This document shows, piece by piece, positions 38,299 to 47,085 of a DNA stretch of 64,000 bases. Every line of letters starts with the position of its first letter. Positions within the stretch are counted from its first letter, which is position 1. Source of the DNA: a virus; UHGV virus genome UHGV-0305822, one strand, 5' to 3'. A program made the position numbers and the translations under genes. The notes beneath the pieces are model-generated. The model ran no database searches. It was given only the letters and a program-made list of their open reading frames with translations, and had not been told where the DNA came from.

Positions 38299-40803
38299 AT
38301 GCTAAAAGTTGAACGCATTATACTCAAAGGTTTTACGGGGATGGGGTTACATGAAATTGAAACCTTCGATTTCACTATCCAGTCTCCAACAACAATTATC
38401 CTGGGTGGGAACGGCTGCGGGAAAACCAGTCTACTGTCTGTGTTCTTACCCTTAGCACCGGCTAAAACCGAATTTAGGGACGGCGGTTCTTACACAAACT
38501 ACTGTTTAGTTGGCGATCAACGCTATCGATTCAAAGTTGCCCGTAAAGGCAACTCTTTGGTTTGTGATATTGAGAACTTGACCACGGGGACAAAGATCGT
38601 CGAGCAAGGTAATGCGAAAGTCTACAACTCCCGTGTTGAAGAAATCACGGGTATTACGAAAGAGATTAAAGAACTATTAAATGGTGAGGTGTTGTTAACC
38701 GATGCGGGAACCGAATTACGCCGCAAATGGTTTTACCGTTTAAGTACCTCTGACCTCACTTACGCGTTAGGGTTTTATCAGCGTTTACGTAAAAACCTTA
38801 CTGCCTTAAATGGGGGTATTGAAATCACCAGCCGCAAGATCGCCGAATTACGGACGCGTGTTATTGAGAACGAGGAAGAACGGCAGCAGTTAGCGACGAG
38901 ATTAAAAGGTTTGGAATCGGATTTACGTGAACTGAACCGAGAAATCGAACAGTTGCCAGGATTAAATCGTGCCGTCACCATCGAAACAATCCAAGCGTTA
39001 TTAAACAGCTTGGGCCCAACCATCGACGCAATATTACAACATCGTGGTGGCCTGCCTACTGATGAACAGATACTGACCGCGCGACAAAACGAAGCTACGG
39101 CCCGCGAAGCTGTCGTGTCTACTGAAACAGAGGTATCGATGTTGAATAAAGACTTGTCGTTATTAATGGATGAGTCGACACGACAAGACTACCTGATGCG
39201 GAATCACGAAGGTCTCAAGAATACGCTGGCACGTTTACGTGAGTTACTTACCAAATGGGACACCGAACATCTCTTTCCGGGTCTATTTAACGACAACATC
39301 AATTTAGACCAACTTCGTGCGGCTACAGATGCGCGTGTTTGGGGGCAACGGTTGGGAACAACACTAGACGCAATTCATTCAACCGAAAAACTTAACGTTT
39401 TGGAAGAACGACTTCTGGTGATGGATCAAAAAACCGCAGGGATGCGGGATAGACTCCAGCGAGTGGAGAACGTTTTACAGAATTTAAATCACGAACGTAA
39501 TCACTACTTAGAAACAGCGGAAGTGGATTGCCCGCAGTGTCGGTTTAAGTTTCGGCCCGGTGTTACGCGTTCTTTACCTGAACTTGAGTCTTCGATTCGC
39601 GGACAACAACAGCAGCGCACGGAACTGCAAACACAGTTAGAGGCCCTATTACGCGATCGTGTTGAATTAGAATCTGATGTAACTTATATGCGGCAGGTTC
39701 GTGAGATTGTACTGACGTATTCAAAGGACCCGGTATTGAGCATGTTCTTTAAGCGTTTGCAAGAACGTAACGTTTTCACAGAATCACGCGAACAGTTCGG
39801 GAGTCTATGCGCAGCGTTTGACAGTGAGTTGTACTCTGCTATTGAGTACCATGAAACCCGACAACGGTTAGTGAAGGCGGAAAAAGAATGGCAGGATGCC
39901 GTAGCGGCCGTTGGTAACGTCGATGGTGCTTTACAACAGAAAATCGCCTTCCAACAGTCACGATTAGGTAAAGCCACAGAAATGCTCTCAATGCGTCGTA
40001 GAGAGCACGAACTGGCTAACACGACACTTACCTATCTGGTGAATGTTAAACGTGCTGTAGATGATTTCAGTGCGTTATTCGAACGGTTAGAGAGTGATGT
40101 TAAGGTTACGTTGACAAATACGGTCGTCGAGGAACTCTTACGTGCACGAGAAGGGAAGCTGGATGCTTTTACAACCGCACGCGAACGTTATCGTCAGATG
40201 GAAAATGAATTGAATCAGCTCAACAGTTTGGAACGCGAACTTGCTGACTTACAAGCCCAGCAGTTCAATAACAAACTGATGATTCAAGCCTTCTCGCCAG
40301 AAAAGGGTGTACTTAGAAAGTATTTTTACAACGCTATCGTTAGAATCACAGAGTTAATGACGCGTTATATCGAACAAGTCTGGACGTACCCCATGCGCGT
40401 TATGCCTTGTGACCTCACTGACGGCGATTTGGATTATACTTTTCCTGTCCAGCTAAAAACGCATCCTGAGCCTGTTCCTGACGTGCGTAAAGGGTCTAAG
40501 GCGCAGCGTGCGATATTTAATCTGATGTTCAGGCTGACCGCGTACAAAGCGCTGAAGTTGCATCAGTTTCCGTTGCTTTTGGATGAGCCTTCGGAAGGCA
40601 TGGATGAGGAGCACCGTAACAACCTGGTCGGCTTTATTAAAACGTTAGCAAACTCGGGAGAATTTTCTCAACTGTTGGTAGTCTCCCACGAAGCCGAGGT
40701 TCATTCTAAACTTAATGAAGCATCGTACTGTGTCATCGAACCGGAAGGGGTGACATTGCCTGCGGTGTATAACGAAGGAGTAAAAATTGTTTATGCAAAC
40801 TGA
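38299..40803 (+). CDS. Rad50/SbcC-like ABC-type ATPase with zinc hook
   Basis: Walker A GGNGCGKTS near N-terminus; long coiled-coil-like middle with central CPQC (zinc-hook-like); C-terminal LLLDEPSEGMD Walker B/D-loop; ATG at 38299 after GGAGGTGGG (ORF track start 38224). Confidence 0.7.
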   Translation: MLKVERIILKGFTGMGLHEIETFDFTIQSPTTIILGGNGCGKTSLLSVFLPLAPAKTEFRDGGSYTNYCLVGDQRYRFKVARKGNSLVCDIENLTTGTKIVEQGNAKVYNSRVEEITGITKEIKELLNGEVLLTDAGTELRRKWFYRLSTSDLTYALGFYQRLRKNLTALNGGIEITSRKIAELRTRVIENEEERQQLATRLKGLESDLRELNREIEQLPGLNRAVTIETIQALLNSLGPTIDAILQHRGGLPTDEQILTARQNEATAREAVVSTETEVSMLNKDLSLLMDESTRQDYLMRNHEGLKNTLARLRELLTKWDTEHLFPGLFNDNINLDQLRAATDARVWGQRLGTTLDAIHSTEKLNVLEERLLVMDQKTAGMRDRLQRVENVLQNLNHERNHYLETAEVDCPQCRFKFRPGVTRSLPELESSIRGQQQQRTELQTQLEALLRDRVELESDVTYMRQVREIVLTYSKDPVLSMFFKRLQERNVFTESREQFGSLCAAFDSELYSAIEYHETRQRLVKAEKEWQDAVAAVGNVDGALQQKIAFQQSRLGKATEMLSMRRREHELANTTLTYLVNVKRAVDDFSALFERLESDVKVTLTNTVVEELLRAREGKLDAFTTARERYRQMENELNQLNSLERELADLQAQQFNNKLMIQAFSPEKGVLRKYFYNAIVRITELMTRYIEQVWTYPMRVMPCDLTDGDLDYTFPVQLKTHPEPVPDVRKGSKAQRAIFNLMFRLTAYKALKLHQFPLLLDEPSEGMDEEHRNNLVGFIKTLANSGEFSQLLVVSHEAEVHSKLNEASYCVIEPEGVTLPAVYNEGVKIVYAN

Positions 40804-40972
40804 TTGGTTCCGTCGTATTGTGGATGCGGCAGGGTTTGGCTTCATGTCCATTCTAGCGGTTCTTTATGTCATGTTTTGTGTGGTGATGATTTTATGGGTA
40901 GTTTCATCTTATCTGATTAAACTATCGTGGGGTTCAATTTGGCGTCAACGCGAATGCGAATGGCGGAATTAG
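40793..40972 (+). CDS. small membrane protein (59 aa)
   Basis: Hydrophobic stretch FGFMSILAVLYVMFCVVMILWVVSSYLI; ATG at 40793 overlapping upstream stop. Confidence 0.4.
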   Translation: MQTDWFRRIVDAAGFGFMSILAVLYVMFCVVMILWVVSSYLIKLSWGSIWRQRECEWRN

Positions 40973-40982
40973 GAGAGGGAAT

Positions 40983-41081
40983 ATGGTTGTAGGGGTTCTG
41001 TTAACACTTGGCTCGTTGTGGTTAATTGGTAAAGGTTTAAACTGGCTGATTAAACGTCACCGTTGGGCGTTCGAAGATTAA
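40983..41081 (+). CDS. small hydrophobic peptide (32 aa)
   Basis: MVVGVLLTLGSLWLIGKGLNWLIKRHRWAFED, AGGAGAGGGA RBS; not in ORF track (short). Confidence 0.3.
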   Translation: MVVGVLLTLGSLWLIGKGLNWLIKRHRWAFED

Positions 41082-41138
41082 CCACCCAAATAATCCAGAA
41101 GATACCCTCCGGTGTGAGGGTATTGACAGGAGCAGAAA

Positions 41139-41267
41139 ATGACCACGATAAACGCTACGAATGTAGCGATATCCGCACTATACGACGCGGAACTTTCATG
41201 GGGTGGATTAATGATCACCACAGCCATATTAGCCGCTGCGGCTTTCGTCATCGCGCGTTGGTTTTAA
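41139..41267 (+). CDS. small hydrophobic peptide (42 aa)
   Basis: MTTINATNVAISALYDAELSWGGLMITTAILAAAAFVIARWF, AGGAG RBS 6 nt upstream; not in ORF track (short). Confidence 0.3.
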   Translation: MTTINATNVAISALYDAELSWGGLMITTAILAAAAFVIARWF

Positions 41268-41298
41268 TTTTACTTTTTTGCGTCTCTAAGGTTTGCAA

Positions 41299-41742
41299 AT
41301 GGAAATTTATTTGTTGAACGCATCTTCTAAAGTCGGTGAACGACAAGCTGCCGATTTACTCAAACTACACTACCGTTACTTGGACCACCAGGCTACATTA
41401 CTGAAAATCAAAACGTCGGTGCCGAAGTTAAATGCGCGACAGCTGATCGAAGGTAACTGCATAGTTCTGGTGTATCAGGATGATGTCGCGGTAGGATACT
41501 GTAGTTATCGGAATCGTAACGGTTCACTTAAGATACGTTCGGTATACGTGCTCCCAGACTATCGTCAACGGGGTGTAATGAAAGAGATTTTCAAAGCAAT
41601 TGCAGCTGATGAAGTTTTCGGCGAGATTGTTACTGGCATGTATGCGAAATGTAAAGAAGCAAAAGAGTATTTCATCCGACGCGGCTATCAAGCGGTTTAC
41701 TCACACGATCGTGAGTGGGTCGATTTTAGCAAAACATTCTAA
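41299..41742 (+). CDS. GNAT-family N-acetyltransferase candidate
   Basis: VYVLPDYRQRGVMKEIF resembles the GNAT acetyl-CoA-binding motif A region; ATG at 41299 (ORF track start 41293 is TTG). Confidence 0.4.
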   Translation: MEIYLLNASSKVGERQAADLLKLHYRYLDHQATLLKIKTSVPKLNARQLIEGNCIVLVYQDDVAVGYCSYRNRNGSLKIRSVYVLPDYRQRGVMKEIFKAIAADEVFGEIVTGMYAKCKEAKEYFIRRGYQAVYSHDREWVDFSKTF

Positions 41743-41808
41743 AAACAATAAAGCTCTCTTGGCGTACCTCACTATGAGTGTGAGAAATTTACGTCAGGAG
41801 AGCTAATT

Positions 41809-42054
41809 ATGTTAAAATCGTACGGAGTGGGTGGTTTGGATACGAGTATTTGTTGGAAAGAATACGAACGTGCGAAAGCGTTCTTACAGCATCCCAATGT
41901 GGGGACGATAGGTAAGGTCTGTTTCGGCAAACCTTCACTGACGGCTTGTATCCAAGGGGCTTTAGGGACGTTGCCACCCGAATCACATTTCGAGCCTGAG
42001 GAGAATATGAATGTTCACAGAGAACCCATCAATTTACGGCATACCGTTGAATGA
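41809..42054 (+). CDS. hypothetical protein (81 aa)
   Basis: ORF with GGAGAG RBS. Confidence 0.4.
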   Translation: MLKSYGVGGLDTSICWKEYERAKAFLQHPNVGTIGKVCFGKPSLTACIQGALGTLPPESHFEPEENMNVHREPINLRHTVE

Positions 42055-42379
42055 AATTGATATTCTGCAAATTTGTTATCAATGTGGTGACTTCGGTAAG
42101 ACGCAGGTAACGCCGTTAGTTAAGCTTTTAGGTTACTTGCCTGAAATCGAGTTGCCTTTTGTTAAACCCAGTTTAGTTCGTCGCGCATCGTGTCGTGAAG
42201 CTTATTTGCTCTGGAAACACAATATTTCAGTAGAGAATGTCTGGGACCGTATGAACGATCATCAGTTCCGTGAGCAGGTCGTCCACACGCTTAACTTGTC
42301 ACTGACTATGCAGCGCCTGGGCTTACAACACGAAGGTTTAGAAGCGGCGGTCAAGCAATGGATTACGAAAAATCGATAA
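42011..42379 (+). CDS. hypothetical protein (122 aa)
   Basis: ORF overlapping upstream gene end; GAGGAGAA RBS. Confidence 0.45.
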   Translation: MFTENPSIYGIPLNEIDILQICYQCGDFGKTQVTPLVKLLGYLPEIELPFVKPSLVRRASCREAYLLWKHNISVENVWDRMNDHQFREQVVHTLNLSLTMQRLGLQHEGLEAAVKQWITKNR

Positions 42380-42466
42380 TGGGTAAAACATATATCGCTA
42401 TACTTGTCGAGCTATCAATCGGCGGTACACGTTTTAATACTACACATCAACTCCGGGCGTTTCGTT

Positions 42467-42964
42467 ATGTTAACGGTACGTAAAGAATCTGAAATTGGTA
42501 ACGATCTTTTTAATGCGCCCGAAGACTATAAAGTCGTTACCATTAACTGCGTAGGAGCGATGGGTCGCGGTATTGCACTCGCGTGTCGTGAACGCTACCC
42601 CAACCTTTATCAGGATTATCGTAAGCGGTGTCGTGAAGACGAAATTAAGATTGGAAGCGTTTACGTTTACTCTGACGAAAAGTGTATCTTGCTCCCCACG
42701 AAAACACATTGGCGTTTAAAATCCCAGGTTTCTTATGTTACTGCGGGCATTACCGCATTAGCAGACTGTGTTGAGGATCTGGATACCAGCGTTGCTATCC
42801 CTCCGTTGGGAATGGCAAATGGGTGGTTAGATTCCTGGGAAAGACAAGAAATCTTTTTGTGGCTTTACAAAAAACTTGAACCGAGGAGGCAGCGCTACAC
42901 GTTATACTTACCTGATAAGCTGTACCAAGAAGCAGAGTCATTAATTCCAAACTCTTTTAAATAG
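42467..42964 (+). CDS. TARG1/DarG-like macrodomain protein (ADP-ribose hydrolase candidate)
   Basis: NCVGAMGRGIALACRERYP parallels TARG1 DCRMGAGIAVLFKKKFG; later AIPPLGMANGWLDSWERQ parallels SMPRIGCGLDRLQWENV (comparison from memory); ATG at 42467 (ORF track start 42404 is TTG). Confidence 0.6.
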   Translation: MLTVRKESEIGNDLFNAPEDYKVVTINCVGAMGRGIALACRERYPNLYQDYRKRCREDEIKIGSVYVYSDEKCILLPTKTHWRLKSQVSYVTAGITALADCVEDLDTSVAIPPLGMANGWLDSWERQEIFLWLYKKLEPRRQRYTLYLPDKLYQEAESLIPNSFK

Positions 42965-43064
42965 ATATTATCATTAGGGCACACAACAAAGGAGTATTAG
43001 CTGTCCGCGCCGTCATTTCGTCTTACGGAATACGGAAATGTATAAATCCAACTGGAGAAACAAA

Positions 43065-43763
43065 ATGTTTCGTATCTTCTTTCTTTTACTGGTAACACTT
43101 TTCGCGTTTAACGCACAGGCGTCAACGTCAACGCCACATTCTAAGCATCAGCGTGAGTTTGCACAAATCCAACATCGGTTCGAAAAAGTCAGCCCGTTAA
43201 TTGTGGAAATCTCACGAAAGCAGGGCGTTGATCCCAAGCTGATGATTACGCTGATTTATCGTGAATCGCGTTTTGATCCCAAGGCTTACAACAAAAGCTC
43301 ACGAGCGCACAGCCTGGTACAAATGCTTCCAAGTACCAAGCGTAATCTGCTAAAGCTTTATGGAAAAGAATTAGGTCTTAGTCAGAACGCCGATTTGTAT
43401 AATCCGCGTAACGCTGTTTTGCTGGCTACCGCGTATGTTAAACATCTTGAGAAGGGGTTAACCAAACGACTCAAACGCAAGCCCACCATGGCTGAAATTG
43501 CGTTAGCTTACCACTGGGGTGAAAGTGGCGCTCACACGCGAATCAAAAGCAAATCTCGAGCAGCACAACGAGAAATGGCAGGCTTTATGAAAGACGCCGC
43601 GTTCTATAGCGCGAAAATCGATGTGCCTGTTGTTGTGGGCTCGGCCCCACGTCAGCTTGCGTTTGCGAAGAAAACACCACGTCAGATTCAACTGGCGGAA
43701 GTTAGTAGAATTTGGGATACGATAAACATGAGTTTTCCAATCAATAGAGGAGTTACCCTTTGA
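43065..43763 (+). CDS. secreted lytic transglycosylase (SLT domain) candidate
   Basis: Signal peptide MFRIFFLLLVTLFAFNAQA; YRESRFDPKAYNKSSRAHSLVQMLPST resembles the SLT catalytic ES ... G(L)MQ(L/I)(M)P motif; ATG at 43065 after GGAGAA. Confidence 0.55.
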   Translation: MFRIFFLLLVTLFAFNAQASTSTPHSKHQREFAQIQHRFEKVSPLIVEISRKQGVDPKLMITLIYRESRFDPKAYNKSSRAHSLVQMLPSTKRNLLKLYGKELGLSQNADLYNPRNAVLLATAYVKHLEKGLTKRLKRKPTMAEIALAYHWGESGAHTRIKSKSRAAQREMAGFMKDAAFYSAKIDVPVVVGSAPRQLAFAKKTPRQIQLAEVSRIWDTINMSFPINRGVTL

Positions 43764-44269
43764 GCATCGTAGTAACCGATTGGTATAAAGGCATTACAAA
43801 AGCCGCACAATTGACCGCGAAAGACGTTTACAGTATCGTCCGAAGCAGTATCGAAGACGAGATTAAGTCGGATGAAGAATTCGCAGAGAAACACGAATTT
43901 TACGATGCTTTACCCACAGCATTCGGTGACGACGAAGAAGAAGGTTTAGAGTTTGACTGGAACGTCAACCTTGCCTTGTTGTGGATTTGTGGTTTACGAC
44001 CAACGGTAAAAGAAACCGAAGAAGGGAAAGTCTTGCTTTGGAATTTTACCGGGCAGTATAACCGTAATTTAGTCTTTAAACAGGCGTATATGGACGCTAC
44101 TGTAGAACTTCAAAATCTACTGCTTGGCGAAAACACATACTGCCAACGCAGTTTCTTAACGATTCTGGAAAAACTTGTGTCGACACACAAAGTCTGGCGT
44201 AAAGAAGACGCCCCGGAACATATGTTCATTTTAGAGTACGCTGTCATTCCAAATCAGCCGTTCTTCTAA
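43760..44269 (+). CDS. hypothetical protein (169 aa)
   Basis: TTG start overlapping upstream stop, GAGGAG RBS. Confidence 0.45.
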   Translation: MSIVVTDWYKGITKAAQLTAKDVYSIVRSSIEDEIKSDEEFAEKHEFYDALPTAFGDDEEEGLEFDWNVNLALLWICGLRPTVKETEEGKVLLWNFTGQYNRNLVFKQAYMDATVELQNLLLGENTYCQRSFLTILEKLVSTHKVWRKEDAPEHMFILEYAVIPNQPFF

Positions 44270-44275
44270 CCTCTA

Positions 44276-44313
44276 CCCCTTACCCTATACGGAGTAAGGG
44301 GTACTTTTATTTT
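44276..44313 (+). terminator. terminator candidate
   Basis: CCCCTTA ... TAAGGGG stem with long loop followed by TACTTTTATTTT. Confidence 0.4.
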
Positions 44314-44335
44314 CATTCCCTAAAGGAGCAGAGTT

Positions 44336-44815
44336 ATGATAAAATTCATTTGGCGTTATCCAACGCGTTTTTGGTTTGTGGTACTTGAACTGTGTATGGT
44401 TCTTGTAGCGGTTACTTTTGTCGAAGCACCCGCCTCGCAGTTGGCCATTTTCTGCCTTTTCGTGACTGTCCCTGTATGGGTGATTGCGAAGGTTATTAAG
44501 TTCGTCATGGTGTGTTGGGCGAATTATACCTGTCCGTATAAGCCTAAACAAATCATGAAATGGCTGATGTATATTGAAGAACGTTTACCGGCGCAACATA
44601 AATTACTGGGCTGGTCGTCAATGTTGGATATTGCGCTAGAAACCAATGCAAAGTTCCCCGGTGCGAAAAACCCGTATTTGTTGATGGCGGTAATTGTTGC
44701 ACAACAAAAACTGGCAGGTGACCGTTGGTTGCCAGAAGAAGCGAAAGCGTATATCCGTAAACATCCAAAAGCTTTTTACTCGGTAGGACAATGGCGTAAC
44801 TTGCCTTTATTTTAA
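44336..44815 (+). CDS. membrane protein (159 aa)
   Basis: Two hydrophobic segments (FWFVVLELCMVLVAVTFV; LAIFCLFVTVPVWVIAKVI); RBS AAAGGAG. Confidence 0.55.
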   Translation: MIKFIWRYPTRFWFVVLELCMVLVAVTFVEAPASQLAIFCLFVTVPVWVIAKVIKFVMVCWANYTCPYKPKQIMKWLMYIEERLPAQHKLLGWSSMLDIALETNAKFPGAKNPYLLMAVIVAQQKLAGDRWLPEEAKAYIRKHPKAFYSVGQWRNLPLF

Positions 44816-44868
44816 CTTTTTACATAACCCTTAGTTGATTTGAACAAACCTAAAAGAGGACTATTAAA

Positions 44869-45804
44869 ATGACTTTTCCATCTGAAGTAATTTACGAACT
44901 GGCTAACACTCTACGTCGTCACTATAGCAGCAAAATGATGCAAACCCACGTGGGTGCGACTGCTGACTTTTTGCGCGGCCATTTCCTGGGCAATAACCCA
45001 CCGTCGATTACACAGGAAACGGTTTTCTCTATCGATCGTGCCTCCTTAATTCTTCCAATCGACCACGCCATTGCGGTTCAAGAAGGGAATACGTTCAACT
45101 TCTCTATGGGAATGCGACATTCGTCTAATGTCGTTAACTCAAGCATGGGAAATGACCCGTCTTTCGCACACAACACGCACTCTGTAGAACATGGTAACTG
45201 GTTCGTTGCTGTAGAACAAGGCGTGAATCAGTATGACGTTGTTGCAGCTCGCGATGAGTCTTTCTTTGAGCTGGGACAGATTTCTCGCCGTCGTGAAATT
45301 GCGCTTGACCTACGTCAAGGTAATATCGGATTAAGTGGGACCAGTGTTTATTTCATCCTGAGCAGTTGGGCACATGTAAGTTACGTGCTGAAAAATGCCA
45401 GCCCGACGTTCCACGCAACGATGGTAGAATTTCGTAGCCTTGATGTAGGAAATCATGACGAAGAAGAAACGGTACCTAGCACAGAAGTCGCCGTCTGTGA
45501 AGACTACGATGATCTGAAATCTGTACTCGTTAAGCGTGATGTTTTCGAATCGTTAAACCTGGATTTCCCCGGTGACGAAAATGAAATATCCGTAGCTGAT
45601 CTGGTAGAAGCGTTGTGTCAGAAAGACCAAGCTAATGAGATCAGTGACGAAGAAGCAGAACTCTTCCAAGTTCAACAACTCGTCAGCAAGGTTATCGGTG
45701 GACAGGGAATCGTTGACACTCTTATGGCTCTACCGCCGAAGAAACGTACTCAGAAGTACATTCGTGAACTGGTTCTTGAAAACCTTGGTCAAACCAAAAA
45801 GTAA
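44869..45804 (+). CDS. hypothetical protein (311 aa)
   Basis: Long ORF, AAAGAGGA RBS. Confidence 0.55.
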   Translation: MTFPSEVIYELANTLRRHYSSKMMQTHVGATADFLRGHFLGNNPPSITQETVFSIDRASLILPIDHAIAVQEGNTFNFSMGMRHSSNVVNSSMGNDPSFAHNTHSVEHGNWFVAVEQGVNQYDVVAARDESFFELGQISRRREIALDLRQGNIGLSGTSVYFILSSWAHVSYVLKNASPTFHATMVEFRSLDVGNHDEEETVPSTEVAVCEDYDDLKSVLVKRDVFESLNLDFPGDENEISVADLVEALCQKDQANEISDEEAELFQVQQLVSKVIGGQGIVDTLMALPPKKRTQKYIRELVLENLGQTKK

Positions 45805-45812
45805 TTTAAATC

Positions 45813-45846
45813 CCCTACTCCTCCGGGAGTAGGGTTAATTCTTTTT
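45813..45846 (+). terminator. rho-independent terminator
   Basis: Stem CCCTACTCC / GGAGTAGGG, loop TCCG, then TTAATTCTTTTT. Confidence 0.65.
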
Positions 45847-45865
45847 CCACCTTAGGAGTATTAAA

Positions 45866-46417
45866 ATGTTTCCATCGTCTGAATATTTAACTCATCTGGC
45901 TTACGGTATTCGCCGTGGTTCTGTTTTCCGCACACGTTTAAAGGATATAAATTTCCTGGCTAATTTCTTATTTGATCGTTTGTGGGATGGCGATAGTGTT
46001 TACAAAAAGATCACCGTAACACAACTTTATTCCCTTATAGCAGCATCTGAAATTGTGCCTACTGATATTCGTCGATTTAAACGACAGCATAACGGGGAGG
46101 TTACAATCAGCTTTCTTGATCGTTCTCCTATTACCGTTGAAATCGACGATCGTATTGACGCTAATAGTGAAATGTCTGGTTGGAAGATTCTGTTTGATTG
46201 TGGCAATCGTTATGCGGTACTTGGTTCCTCTGATGAGCGCGACTTCCCTTTCGACAAACCTTACTACTACCTCAGTGAAGATGATTTCCCGGATAAAGAA
46301 TCTAACATCTTTTTAAACGGAGACACAGTTTACTTCATTTTTCGTACCTGGAACGATGTTGCTGCTATGATTGCTCAAGGCGTCATCGATTACCGTAAAC
46401 TAGAAGTCGACATTTAA
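45866..46417 (+). CDS. hypothetical protein (183 aa)
   Basis: ATG after TTAGGAGTATTAAA. Confidence 0.55.
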   Translation: MFPSSEYLTHLAYGIRRGSVFRTRLKDINFLANFLFDRLWDGDSVYKKITVTQLYSLIAASEIVPTDIRRFKRQHNGEVTISFLDRSPITVEIDDRIDANSEMSGWKILFDCGNRYAVLGSSDERDFPFDKPYYYLSEDDFPDKESNIFLNGDTVYFIFRTWNDVAAMIAQGVIDYRKLEVDI

Positions 46418-46428
46418 AATAAAAGCTA

Positions 46429-46460
46429 CCCTACTCCTTCGGGAGTAGGGTAATCTTTTT
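46429..46460. terminator. bidirectional terminator
   Basis: Stem CCCTACTCC / GGAGTAGGG, loop TTCG, flanked by A-rich and T-rich tracts; between convergent genes. Confidence 0.65.
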
Positions 46461-47082
46461 AGTTAACTAACCCGTTAGCTTTAAGAATCTCTAACATTTG
46501 GTTGTTTAACTCTTTTAATTTTTTGTTCTCTTCTGTCAACGCAGCAACTTTCTCACCTAATGGAATAGATTCACGAATTTTATTTTTTCGTGCCGCTTCC
46601 ATCTGCAAGTGTTGTTCCTCCGTTACCTTCCCTTCATACTCGAGCGTTGTAATTTCAACTTTCGGCTCAATCCCTAGTGTATGCGTGAGAATATCTGAAA
46701 CGTCTTTTGTTATAGACGACACTTTCACGTAATCCGGTACCAGTGCCAAATCTACCACTAACACATTTCGTTGATACGTGATCCCGGATAAACCTGGGTA
46801 TGATTCCAGATAGGTGTCAGGTATGTATACAACTTGACCGTCCCGAGATTTAAATGTCAGAATAGACGCACTAACATTCGCATCTGCTAAATATTCTTCA
46901 CGTCCTAGCCCTACTGGCTGGTAATACGAGTTATAAACGTCAATATTCTGACGTACTAAATCTGGGAAGGTACGTGACGCTTCTACCGTATAAATGACCG
47001 TCTCGGCTAAAGTAAATGGTGTTTTTACTTTAAACAGTCCCGTGGTGTTGACCGGTACCTGGAGTGGTAAACGCGTAGCCAT
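46459..47082 (-). CDS. hypothetical protein (207 aa)
   Basis: Long minus-strand ORF, C-terminal coiled-coil-like EENKKLKELNNQMLEILK. Confidence 0.5.
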   Translation of the reverse strand: MATRLPLQVPVNTTGLFKVKTPFTLAETVIYTVEASRTFPDLVRQNIDVYNSYYQPVGLGREEYLADANVSASILTFKSRDGQVVYIPDTYLESYPGLSGITYQRNVLVVDLALVPDYVKVSSITKDVSDILTHTLGIEPKVEITTLEYEGKVTEEQHLQMEAARKNKIRESIPLGEKVAALTEENKKLKELNNQMLEILKANGLVN

Positions 47083-47085
47083 TCA

